Assembly: GCA_044236265.1 (NCBI GenBank)
Contig: JBIIGV010000015.1
Coordinates: 1-34,902, forward strand
Source: Oligoflexales bacterium
Lineage (GTDB): Bacteria > Bdellovibrionota_B > Oligoflexia > Oligoflexales > RGVZ01
Length of the DNA stretch: 34,902 nt
Reading direction: 5' to 3'
Under the pieces are notes generated by a model. It worked only from the letters and a program-made list of their open reading frames with translations. It ran no database searches and had not been told where the DNA came from. Each line of letters begins with the position of its first letter. Within the stretch, counting starts at the first letter, position 1. Below, in pieces: positions 9,974 to 17,949 of this stretch. A program made the position numbers and the translations under genes.

Positions 9974-10770
9974 AGCGCAGCTCCTGAGATGTCGGAATCG
10001 TAGGCGAATTCAATGACCACTTTGCGATCTGAGTCCTTGTCTACTGTGACAGTTGTTGGACCCTCATATCTAACCACTGTCGGCACACCGTTTTTCTCGG
10101 CGTAAAAGAAGAGCATAGAGGGAGCCAGCTGTCTAAAAGCCCAGTTATCTGGCTCAAGAGATATCACTCTCGTGACGACATCAGCTGTAGTCTTATCGGA
10201 CTTTTTGGAAACTCTGAAAACATACTGATCTCTCTTCATGGGTACATAGAGAGGGAATGATTCATGCTCATTTTTGACAAGCTTCGACCAGGAGCGGACA
10301 ATCAAATGATGGAGTGTCTTGCCAAAAATCATGCCACTTTTCCACGCGAATGTGCCCGAAACTTCTGGTTTATCAGCAGCGTCTTTGTAACGGAGATTTT
10401 CGGCAAAGGCCGACTCATTCAGCCCACTTAATGAGACAAATTCCCCGGTCTTCGCGTTCTGGAATTTGTAATATCTTGGGCGAAGCGATTTCAACTCAAA
10501 TGAACATGTCTCTTCCTGAATTACGGACTTATTATGATCGCCAAAAAGCCAGTACTTGGTAGTCTTTGTCATATAACCATTTTCTTGCTTTAGATCCTCG
10601 CGACCTTCGCTGATCGGCTTGCCCGTTTTAGCATCTTTCACAATAAAGCTAATATATTTGTAGGGAAGCTCCATATCTACAGAAACAGGATTAGCGTGTG
10701 TACTGCTGCCATAAAACGCTACGAAAAAGTGCAATGATAGGAATAATTGGTTCGTAGTCAGTATTTTCAT
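9970..10770 (-). CDS. Hypothetical secreted protein
   Basis: 266-aa ORF with a signal peptide ending 'SSTHA-NP' and beta-rich composition. Converges on the giant gene with a 4-nt overlap. Confidence 0.7.
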   Translation of the reverse strand: MKILTTNQLFLSLHFFVAFYGSSTHANPVSVDMELPYKYISFIVKDAKTGKPISEGREDLKQENGYMTKTTKYWLFGDHNKSVIQEETCSFELKSLRPRYYKFQNAKTGEFVSLSGLNESAFAENLRYKDAADKPEVSGTFAWKSGMIFGKTLHHLIVRSWSKLVKNEHESFPLYVPMKRDQYVFRVSKKSDKTTADVVTRVISLEPDNWAFRQLAPSMLFFYAEKNGVPTVVRYEGPTTVTVDKDSDRKVVIEFAYDSDISGAAL

Positions 10771-10860
10771 TTATGGCCTCCAAATATTGTAAACTCTGTA
10801 AAAGCGACTTTTTCAAAAAAATTACCTATAATTCTCCCAGACAGAGGAGATATTTCCAAG

Positions 10861-12237
10861 ATGGCTCGAAAGAAAAATAAGAGTGGAGATGATGGGGTCC
10901 TAACTGAATTGATCACATCCTCTTTCTCTCGCTCGTCGCGGCTCCTCTCATTATCGATTAAAGCCGGTGCTGACGCTGCGCTACTGTCGATTAAAAGCTT
11001 CATCAAATCAGATGAGAAATCTGAGCTATCTCGGCGTTTTCTAATTGATCAAGCAACACGATTGACAGCAGAACTCGGTAAACTGAAAGGATCTCTTCAA
11101 AAGGCTGGTCAGCTATTCAGCATCTATGGCGAACATTTTTTGCCACCTGAGGTCCGGGACATACTGAAATCCCTGCAAAAGGACTCACCGCCTGTAAGTT
11201 TTGAAGTCATGATGGCGTCGACTAAGAGATCACTAGGGATGGAAAAATTCACGCAGCTTTCTATTGAGCCAACTCCGATAGGAGCCGCATCAATTGGCCA
11301 AGTGTACAAGGTGACAGTCCCTGGGGATAGACAAACATGGTGCATGAAAGTTCAGTATCCCGGTGTCGATAAATCTATTGATAGCGACTTGGCAATATTG
11401 AAGCGAATTTTTTCGATACTTCGATTCATTCCTAAAGATATGAATCTTGACGGACTGTTTGCCGAGATACGCGCCATGCTGCACCGGGAAGTCGACTATT
11501 CGAAGGAAGCCGATGCAACAGAGCAATTTGCACAGTGGCTTGCCAGCGACAATCGGTTTGTCGTCCCGGAAGTAAACAGAGAATTCTCAACAAAGCGCGT
11601 GATTTTTACATCATTTCAGGAGGGATTTGATGTTGATAGCCCTAGCGTCATGAACCTCCCCCAATCTCGTCGAGATCGGCTCGGAGAGGCGATACTCGAA
11701 CTTTTCTTTATGGAATTTTTTAAGTTTCGCACTGTGCAAACAGATCCTCACTTTGGCAACTACCGAATAAAAATCCGTGATGATGGCCAGGACCAGTGGG
11801 TATTGCTAGATTTTGGTGCAGTCCGGATATTTCCGCAGTCCTTCGTCAAAGACTATCACTCCATCATTGATGCCGTCGTTTTTGAAAAAGACGCTCATCG
11901 GCTATTCGACGCTCTAAGATCACTCAAAATCATGAGAGACGATGACACAGAGTCCGATATTCAAGCTTTCTATGAAATTTCTAAACTTATCGCAGAACCA
12001 TTCTTAGACGACAGCGTTTACATGTGGGGACGCACCCAGTTAGCACAACGAGCTACAGATAAAGTTAAGAGTCTTCTCTATGAACAAGGCGTTCGCCGCC
12101 CACCCCAAGAACTGATCTTTTTGGATAGAAAAATTGGCGGACTGTTCACCATCCTTCAGAAACTGGACGCAATGTTTGCACCTAGACCAGTTTTAGAGCG
12201 ATACGTTTCAACAAGGGTAACTGGACCGCGTGCCTAG
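10861..12237 (+). CDS. ABC1/AarF/UbiB-family atypical kinase
   Basis: Motifs LKGSLQKAGQ, AASIGQVY, KVQYPG, QTDPHFGNY, LLDFGA. ATG 10861 is preceded by GAGGAG and is preferred over the ORF-track start at 10747. Confidence 0.92.
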   Translation: MARKKNKSGDDGVLTELITSSFSRSSRLLSLSIKAGADAALLSIKSFIKSDEKSELSRRFLIDQATRLTAELGKLKGSLQKAGQLFSIYGEHFLPPEVRDILKSLQKDSPPVSFEVMMASTKRSLGMEKFTQLSIEPTPIGAASIGQVYKVTVPGDRQTWCMKVQYPGVDKSIDSDLAILKRIFSILRFIPKDMNLDGLFAEIRAMLHREVDYSKEADATEQFAQWLASDNRFVVPEVNREFSTKRVIFTSFQEGFDVDSPSVMNLPQSRRDRLGEAILELFFMEFFKFRTVQTDPHFGNYRIKIRDDGQDQWVLLDFGAVRIFPQSFVKDYHSIIDAVVFEKDAHRLFDALRSLKIMRDDDTESDIQAFYEISKLIAEPFLDDSVYMWGRTQLAQRATDKVKSLLYEQGVRRPPQELIFLDRKIGGLFTILQKLDAMFAPRPVLERYVSTRVTGPRA

Positions 12238-12316
12238 ACATCATCAGAAAAGAAATGCTATCCTTGGGACCACGTTTGATTAACTCATCGTCAAAATTTT
12301 AAGCCAGGAGATTCTC

Positions 12317-12925
12317 ATGTTCCGCTCAGTCAAACTTTTAGCCTTAACAGCCATAGTATCCTTTTCGAGCGCGCCTTCATTTGCTGCAAAATCTTTTATG
12401 ATCGACAGTGCTGCAAGTGTAGTCGAATGGAAGGGAAGCAAAGTCACCGGTAGCGCCCACAATGGGACCATCGCCATCAAAGAAGGTGAAGTTCAGATGG
12501 ATGGCACGAAACTTACTGGTGGCAAAATCGTCGTTGACATGGCTTCCATCATCAATCTTGATTTAACGGATAAGGAATATAACGCAAAATTGGTCGGGCA
12601 TTTGAAATCTGACGACTTCTTTGATGTTGCAAAATTTCCAACGTCAACTCTTACTTTTAAAAAAGCCAGCGTTCAAAAGGACGGGTCGTACAAAGTGACC
12701 GCAGATCTAACTCTCAAAAGTGAAACCCATCCAATCAACTTTATTGCAAAGCCAAGCAGTGATGGCAAAACAGCTACTGCTGATTTAGAGTTTGATCGCA
12801 CAAAATGGAATGTGCGCTACGGCTCTGGAAAGTTTTTTAAAAACCTGGGCGACAAGATGATCTCGGATAAAGTTAACTTAACGGTCAAACTCCAATTTGC
12901 ATCTGCAATTTTTGCTTCTAAATAA
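12317..12925 (+). CDS. YceI-family periplasmic lipid/polyisoprenoid-binding protein
   Basis: Signal peptide; motifs 'SVVEWKGSK', 'GHLKSDDFFDVAKFP', 'FDRTKWNVRYG'; AGGAG RBS. Confidence 0.93.
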   Translation: MFRSVKLLALTAIVSFSSAPSFAAKSFMIDSAASVVEWKGSKVTGSAHNGTIAIKEGEVQMDGTKLTGGKIVVDMASIINLDLTDKEYNAKLVGHLKSDDFFDVAKFPTSTLTFKKASVQKDGSYKVTADLTLKSETHPINFIAKPSSDGKTATADLEFDRTKWNVRYGSGKFFKNLGDKMISDKVNLTVKLQFASAIFASK

Positions 12926-12938
12926 TTGCAATCTCAAC

Positions 12939-12980
12939 AAAAACGCCTCCGTCTCAAGAACATGAGACGGAGGCGTTTTT
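12939..12980. terminator. Bidirectional intrinsic terminator
   Basis: Perfect 18-bp inverted repeat AAAAACGCCTCCGTCTCA / TGAGACGGAGGCGTTTTT with a 6-nt loop. Gives a U-tract on both strands. Confidence 0.92.
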
Positions 12981-12986
12981 AACTTA

Positions 12987-13019
12987 AATGGCGGCCTCAA
13001 CTCTGTACTATTCGAACCA
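12987..13019 (+). repeat. Left attachment junction of island (core AATGGCGG + attP arm TATTCGAACCA)
   Basis: AATGGCGG at 12987-12994 is directly repeated at 19280-19287. TATTCGAACCA at 13009-13019 is the exact reverse complement of 19261-19271. Confidence 0.8.
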
Positions 13020-13325
13020 GGGACAGTCACTCAGGAGTATCCGGTGGCGCGGGGTAGATTACAAAAAATGAAGCAACCTCCAAATCTGTATGCACCAGAA
13101 GGTGTACACTTTCAAAAATGCTTTCATCTCGGCTTGTAACCATCCGGTCGTATCCATTTGCGTGGGTATATTAATAAATCACCCGACTGGCTCCTGAATT
13201 GCCCGGCCTTTGGAGTTATGGTCATGTTTATTGTCATTTGCATTTTCAGTTAGACACAAACGCAATGACCATACATAATTTGAGAGTGTGCACGTATATT
13301 TCATAAGCGTTGTCAAAAGGGAAGC

Positions 13326-13559
13326 GTGGCTCCGTCTAGATTAGAAATTTCTGAACATGCTGCATCGCGGCTTAAACAGCGGTCTATTACCAGGCAGCAC
13401 GTGCGCGACTGCTTGGCCGTTGGTGATACGATAGGATTTGACATTCGCGGACGATTTATTTGTTTAGGACAAGTCGCTGGTAAGGAATTAATCGTAATTT
13501 ACATAAAGATTCCTCTCGGTGTATTAGTTGTGACAGCCTACTGGAAAGGTGACTCATGA
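13326..13559 (+). CDS. DUF4258-family protein (putative RelE/BrnT-like toxin)
   Basis: 'ISEHAASRLKQRSIT' at the N-terminus and 'LIVIY...VVTAY' at the C-terminus. GTG start after AAGGGA. Confidence 0.8.
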   Translation: MAPSRLEISEHAASRLKQRSITRQHVRDCLAVGDTIGFDIRGRFICLGQVAGKELIVIYIKIPLGVLVVTAYWKGDS

Positions 13560-13771
13560 AAAAAATGACTATTGATGAAAAATTGGACGTCGCATACGTC
13601 GAACTGAGAAAAGGTAAAGTTGCAAGCACAGTAGAATTTCGCCCTGGGATGCTAGTTGATTTTGATGCTTCTGGTCAGGTAGTTGGCATTGAAATTTTGG
13701 CCGCCCAAGACTTGGCGCCACTCATCGCCAAAAAAACTCCTCGAAAAGCAACCAGGAAAAAGTCAGCTTAA
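13556..13771 (+). CDS. DUF2283-family protein (putative antitoxin partner)
   Basis: 'DEKLDVAYVEL...LVDFDASGQVVGIEILAA'. ATGA overlap with the DUF4258 gene. Confidence 0.85.
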   Translation: MKKMTIDEKLDVAYVELRKGKVASTVEFRPGMLVDFDASGQVVGIEILAAQDLAPLIAKKTPRKATRKKSA

Positions 13772-13854
13772 AGCCTCTTCTTGAGCTGCTTCGATGGAGA
13801 GCTTTCACCAAATTGGATAAAATCCTTTGAGCCCTGCGTCAGGCTTAACAAAGC

Positions 13855-14145
13855 ATACCTAAAGCTTCTGGCGGTGAAAGAAAGCTTGGTATTCCGACGG
13901 TCGGCGATCGAGTGGCCCAAATGGTGGTTAAGATGCAGCTCGAGCCATTGGTCGAACCAATCTTCCATAACAGCTCATTTGGCTACCGTCCCGGTCGATC
14001 TCCATTACACGCTGTAGGACAAGCGAGGCAGAACTGCTTCACTTATCCGTGGGTCATGGAGTTTGATATCAAAGGTCTGTTTGACAACATCGATCATGAT
14101 TTGCTCATGAAAGCTGTACACAAACACACTCAAGAAAAGTGGGTC
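13855..14145 (+). pseudogene. Group II intron reverse transcriptase/maturase internal fragment (about RT1-RT3)
   Basis: One frame reads IPKASGGERKLGIPTVGDRVAQ...FHNSSFGYRPGRS...WVMEFDIKGLFDNIDHDLLMKAVHKHTQEKWV. In-frame TAA at 13846-13848 just upstream; similarity ends before RT4 and YADD. Confidence 0.9.
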
Positions 14146-14158
14146 ATTCGGCCCCACT

Positions 14159-14494
14159 ATCACAAAAAAGTCTTCTAACGAGATGAAATCTGGACTCCTG
14201 ATCGACTACAAATTAAAAATTAAAGGTATGCCAGTCTCCTGGAGAACAAGGATTGAGGACTGGGATCCACCGCGAAAATTCATCGACACGCAGCTAAAAT
14301 GTCCCTACAAGATCTGGCACCACACCCACTCGTTTGAAACCCTGGGATCTGGCACGTTCATGACGGATCGCGTTATCTATAAAATGCACTTTTGGGCATT
14401 CGGGGATGTCGCACTTCCGATGGTTAAAAACGACGTCAAAACCATCTTTGGATACCGTAAAAAGGTCCTAGAAAAGCTTTTTGCCAAGAGCTGA
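14159..14494 (+). pseudogene. SRPBCC (START-like) family protein, probably 5'-truncated
   Basis: 'LIDYKLKIKGMPVSWRTRIEDWDPPRKFIDTQLKCPYKIWHHTHSF...MTDRVIY...IFGYR'. The frame continues upstream of ATG 14183 (ITKKSSNE) into the RT junction. The usual N-terminal segment is absent and the family GPY motif reads CPY. Confidence 0.7.
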
Positions 14495-14539
14495 TGAGAG
14501 GCGATCGAGTCAGATGGCTAAAATAAAGGTCAGATCGTG

Positions 14540-14743
14540 TTACCTTGACCTGTGTCTTGGTTCAACGCAGTTTCGAGGCTCAACGCAGCCAACTGCTAAC
14601 GTGTCATTTTCAACCTCGCATTAGTAGTTGCCAGGGCACACTACGTCGGAGCAGGTAATATAGGTTGGCAAGCGGTTGCCGCCGCTCGCGCTTGCCAGTT
14701 ATGCGGCGAGAAAACTGAATAAAACCATCGAAAATTTTAACAT
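14540..14743 (-). pseudogene. Small secreted Cys-rich protein interrupted by two in-frame TAA codons
   Basis: AGGAGG RBS, then ATG 14743: MLKFSMVLFSFLAA*LASASGGNRLPTYITCSDVVCPGNY*CEVENDTLAVGCVEPRNCVEPRHRSR*. Internal stops at 14699-14701 and 14621-14623. Not in the ORF track. Confidence 0.7.
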
Positions 14744-15196
14744 GATACCTCCTAGGGTGTAATTTTCGGGACGACCAAGTCGTCTACATGAGCAATATAT
14801 CTCTACGTCGTCTCAAAAAAAATCACAGGCAATACTTCATCAGTATCGACCCCAATCAGTCCATCGGCCAAGATTCACCGTGTAAACGCCGGAGACATTC
14901 GCAATTTGAAAAGGCAAATGTACGGAGACTTCGATTGGCCGATGGACTTTTTGTTAGCTAAAGTCTGGCTGGATACAATAGCGGACGATAGGCGCTTGAT
15001 TGCCGTAAACAACTGTAGCGAGCCCATCCAACAAAAAAACGTTACCTGCATGTAACGGATCTCCACCCAAGTTTTCCTATTTTGTCAGTTTTCACGAATA
15101 GCGTAGAGGAAATCAAGCGCCGCTTCTACCTTAGGTTACAAATTACATTTGATACGGCCAGGTCAATCGTTGCAGCAGGGAATTAGGGAGAAATTC

Positions 15197-16846
15197 ATGG
15201 GACGTCTTCGATCATTTTTTCGATTTAGTACAATTCCATTGTTATTCATAAGTATGGCTATCTGCAGTTGCGAGCGCCCCCTCAAATCAGTGGCCAGTCT
15301 TAAGGTGGAACCGCTGTCACCAGATATTACTGTAGAGTTCGCCTCTCAGGCAAAGGTGACCGATGGCAAAATTGAATTTCAGCTTATGTTTAAAAACATC
15401 GGTAGCGACATGGACTCAGAAGTAACAATGTTCAGTAAGCCGTTTCTAGTGCCATTGGGCAATATTGCAAGAAATCTTGTTGGACAAGGTTTAGTCCTTG
15501 CTCCGATAGCCAGTCAAATTAACTTGAGGAAGCATGAGTCAAAAACTATCACTGTCACCAGTGAATTGCCATCAATGAGCACTGGAGAGTATTTCCTTGG
15601 TGTGACAATTAATTCAAGAGCTGCTCTTCTCAAAGAGGGCGAATATGTGACTGAAACCACTGATGCACAGTTGAATAACGTGACAGAACAACTGCTGAAT
15701 CTTGGTGCATTGCCGGCTTACGCAGCGCCACCACTGAGCGGAAAATATGACTTATATCATGAGGTGCTCAATGCAACTATTCAGCTGAATGGGAAGACCG
15801 CATCGCACGGCTCCCGTAATATCTTGAGGGTCATGGAGGGAGCTGACGAAATTCCGGACCCGGAATTCTGGGATCAGGATATTTCTGCGAGATTTCTATT
15901 TTTTCGCCCTGCAGATGGCAAAGCATTCATTGGGCAATATACTTACCAGGAAGTGGATAAAATTTGGGGTGCCATTAGTTGGCAGGACGAATTTGACCCC
16001 ACTGGTCGAAATATTCACGTTGATTATTATAGCAATGCTCCAGAAGTCGATCATTTGCCTCCGGGAAGTTACGTTCTCGGAGTCTTGATGAATGTCACTG
16101 ATGGTTTTACACTCGATTCATACCCACAAAATAATTTGGATTTGACGGCATTCAATTTAAGTGAAAGCCGGATTTTAGGTCTCCCAGAAGAAATTATTAT
16201 TGATTTCAGTCTCACTACCAGCCACAGGATCGATGCTTCTGTACTTGGGGGCGAAGAAGGCTATGTTTGGACCTATGAAATTCCAAATAGACCCGATTGG
16301 CTCACTGTAAAAGACAGCACTAATGATGATGGTCTCCAAGTTTATCTGACAGCAGATCAACGGCTTCCTGCTGGGATTTACCAAGTTCCAGTAACTATTC
16401 AGGCAACGAAGGGCGACCGCGTCATTCGCGAGAAAACGACATTGGTGATTACAAAAAATGACGGCCCAAGCCTAGACTGTTCAAGTAACATGAGTCTCAT
16501 CCATCCTTCTGATCCCAATGTTTTCCTTGCAGATCGAGATGGAATTCGGTGGATGACCGTAGAAATGGCGCTTCAGAATGTTGGTAATCGAGACTTGTTT
16601 TACTCTGTTCAAGATAATGGTGTTACAGTTGAGACACCTGGTAATCGTGTAATTTTGCCAGGGCAGGAACACCTGATACGCGTAACACTTCCACTGGTTG
16701 GAGTGCCTCTACCAGCTTCAGGAATAAATTTTTTGTGGGTTGAGTTGACAACCAACCATGGATATAGGGCGTGTGGAAGGTCGTATGACCCTAAAGAGAT
16801 GCTCCAGTATCCAATCCAAGGAGTCCAGCCATTCGTCAGGTTGTAA
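15197..16846 (+). CDS. Predicted lipoprotein with several Ig-like (CARDB/BACON-like) beta-sandwich domains
   Basis: AGGGAG RBS before ATG 15197; signal ends 'MAICS-C'. Ig-like signatures FKNIG, GEYFLGV, PPGSYVLG, PDWLTV, PAGIYQV, LQNVGN. Confidence 0.7.
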   Translation: MGRLRSFFRFSTIPLLFISMAICSCERPLKSVASLKVEPLSPDITVEFASQAKVTDGKIEFQLMFKNIGSDMDSEVTMFSKPFLVPLGNIARNLVGQGLVLAPIASQINLRKHESKTITVTSELPSMSTGEYFLGVTINSRAALLKEGEYVTETTDAQLNNVTEQLLNLGALPAYAAPPLSGKYDLYHEVLNATIQLNGKTASHGSRNILRVMEGADEIPDPEFWDQDISARFLFFRPADGKAFIGQYTYQEVDKIWGAISWQDEFDPTGRNIHVDYYSNAPEVDHLPPGSYVLGVLMNVTDGFTLDSYPQNNLDLTAFNLSESRILGLPEEIIIDFSLTTSHRIDASVLGGEEGYVWTYEIPNRPDWLTVKDSTNDDGLQVYLTADQRLPAGIYQVPVTIQATKGDRVIREKTTLVITKNDGPSLDCSSNMSLIHPSDPNVFLADRDGIRWMTVEMALQNVGNRDLFYSVQDNGVTVETPGNRVILPGQEHLIRVTLPLVGVPLPASGINFLWVELTTNHGYRACGRSYDPKEMLQYPIQGVQPFVRL

Positions 16847-17949
16847 ATCTACTTGCCACGATGGTATCCGTGCTTTCGTTCGGGGCTCGGGGCTTTTCTT
16901 TTGATTGTAGCGCGAAAATTATTCCAGAAAAGTCGTTGCTGATCACGGATTTGGCTGTCGTTAATAGCCAACGTGCTCAGCCACTGGGGTCATTCGGCTT
17001 TTCAGGACTTTTGAAAAGAGGGCTTGTCAATTCTGATTATGCCGGAGAAGCGGTCTATGACTGGCTGATGCAGTACAAAAGAATTACAACGTTTAACGGC
17101 TATCGACTGCCTGAGCGAAGGCCAAAGCCGCTCTTGGATCTTTGGCCTTTTGCCCCCTATTCTTCTAACCACCGGCAAGACCCTGCCCTGGATCTTGGGA
17201 AGGCGCCTCTGAATCTTCTTGCGATTGCGTTTCGCCCCGATCTAGCCTCCGCCAATAGTTTTGGAGAGGCTAGGTTTCTTTTTGGTGTCGTGGATCAAGT
17301 TGGTCTGCCAAGGGATATGACAGTAATTTTAGAATTTTTCTTGCATCGATCAAATCTTTTTCCAACCAAAAAAGCATGGTTTCAGGCGATTGCTAACCTT
17401 TCGCATGCAAGTGACGAAAGAGATTATCTGCGTCAGCTTGAACGCCTAACTGAAGAAGCCACGTACCCATTTTCAGGGCATACACGGTTAGCAAAATTAA
17501 GGACAAACGACCAGTTTTTTGGGCAGGGCTGGGACTTGCGCGAGTTTGTTGTCGATGAGCAAAAAAATAATTTGAGGATTAATACAGTTGAGAAGACGCC
17601 AGATTTTTCTCTAAATGGGACAAAACAATCCGAGCTGATATCATGGATCAAAGGTAATGCCGCGGAAATCATGAAGGACAATTATAGCCTGCCTAAAGAG
17701 TTTGGATCTGGAAGTGCATTTTTTTTGGATAATGAGTTTCGATGGCTCCAGGACAATTCCGAAATTGACGAAGATTTGAGGCATCATTTTGCAGAAAACA
17801 CTTGCAGCGGATGCCATGGTGCCGAAACCGCGACCGAATTTTTCCATGTTCATCCACGGCGACCAGATGAGCGTTCTGTTATTTCTGATTATCTCGCCGG
17901 GAACTTGCATGGTCGTGCAGAGTTACTAAAGAGTGAGTTATGCGATTAA
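16831..17949 (+). CDS. Secreted monoheme c-type cytochrome-like protein of unknown function (start ATT 16831 or ATG 16861)
   Basis: Single C-terminal CSGCH motif. Conserved-looking blocks SLLITD, APLNLLAI..RPDL, GEARF.F, LRTND, WDLREF recall an uncharacterised myxobacterial family (from memory, unverified). Confidence 0.7.
   Translation: MRQVVNLLATMVSVLSFGARGFSFDCSAKIIPEKSLLITDLAVVNSQRAQPLGSFGFSGLLKRGLVNSDYAGEAVYDWLMQYKRITTFNGYRLPERRPKPLLDLWPFAPYSSNHRQDPALDLGKAPLNLLAIAFRPDLASANSFGEARFLFGVVDQVGLPRDMTVILEFFLHRSNLFPTKKAWFQAIANLSHASDERDYLRQLERLTEEATYPFSGHTRLAKLRTNDQFFGQGWDLREFVVDEQKNNLRINTVEKTPDFSLNGTKQSELISWIKGNAAEIMKDNYSLPKEFGSGSAFFLDNEFRWLQDNSEIDEDLRHHFAENTCSGCHGAETATEFFHVHPRRPDERSVISDYLAGNLHGRAELLKSELCD

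Noticed and set aside
12989..13018. Second tRNA or duplicated tRNA 3' fragment (minus strand GGTTCGAAT...CCGCCA)
   Set aside because: The T-loop-to-CCA spacing is 5 nt too long, no T-stem or acceptor pairing forms, and the identity shared with the tRNA end is only the short core. It is better explained as an attP arm.
13133..13860. Integron attC sites around the TA pair (GTTAGAC at 13249, GCTTAAC at 13843)
   Set aside because: The core motifs lack complementary partners with proper L boxes, and there is no integron integrase.
13768..14017. ORFs 13768-13968 (-) and 13781-14017 (+)
   Set aside because: They are alternative frames over the RT fragment.
13855..14178. Active retroelement (retron, DGR, defence RT or intact group II intron)
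   Set aside because: Only ~97 codons of RT are present, with no YxDD motif, and I see no intron domain V/VI, msr-msd or TR/VR repeats.
14873..15055. ISL3-like transposase remnant suggested by 'LKRQMYG'
   Set aside because: Only a 7-residue resemblance; the flanks do not match and no terminal repeats are seen.
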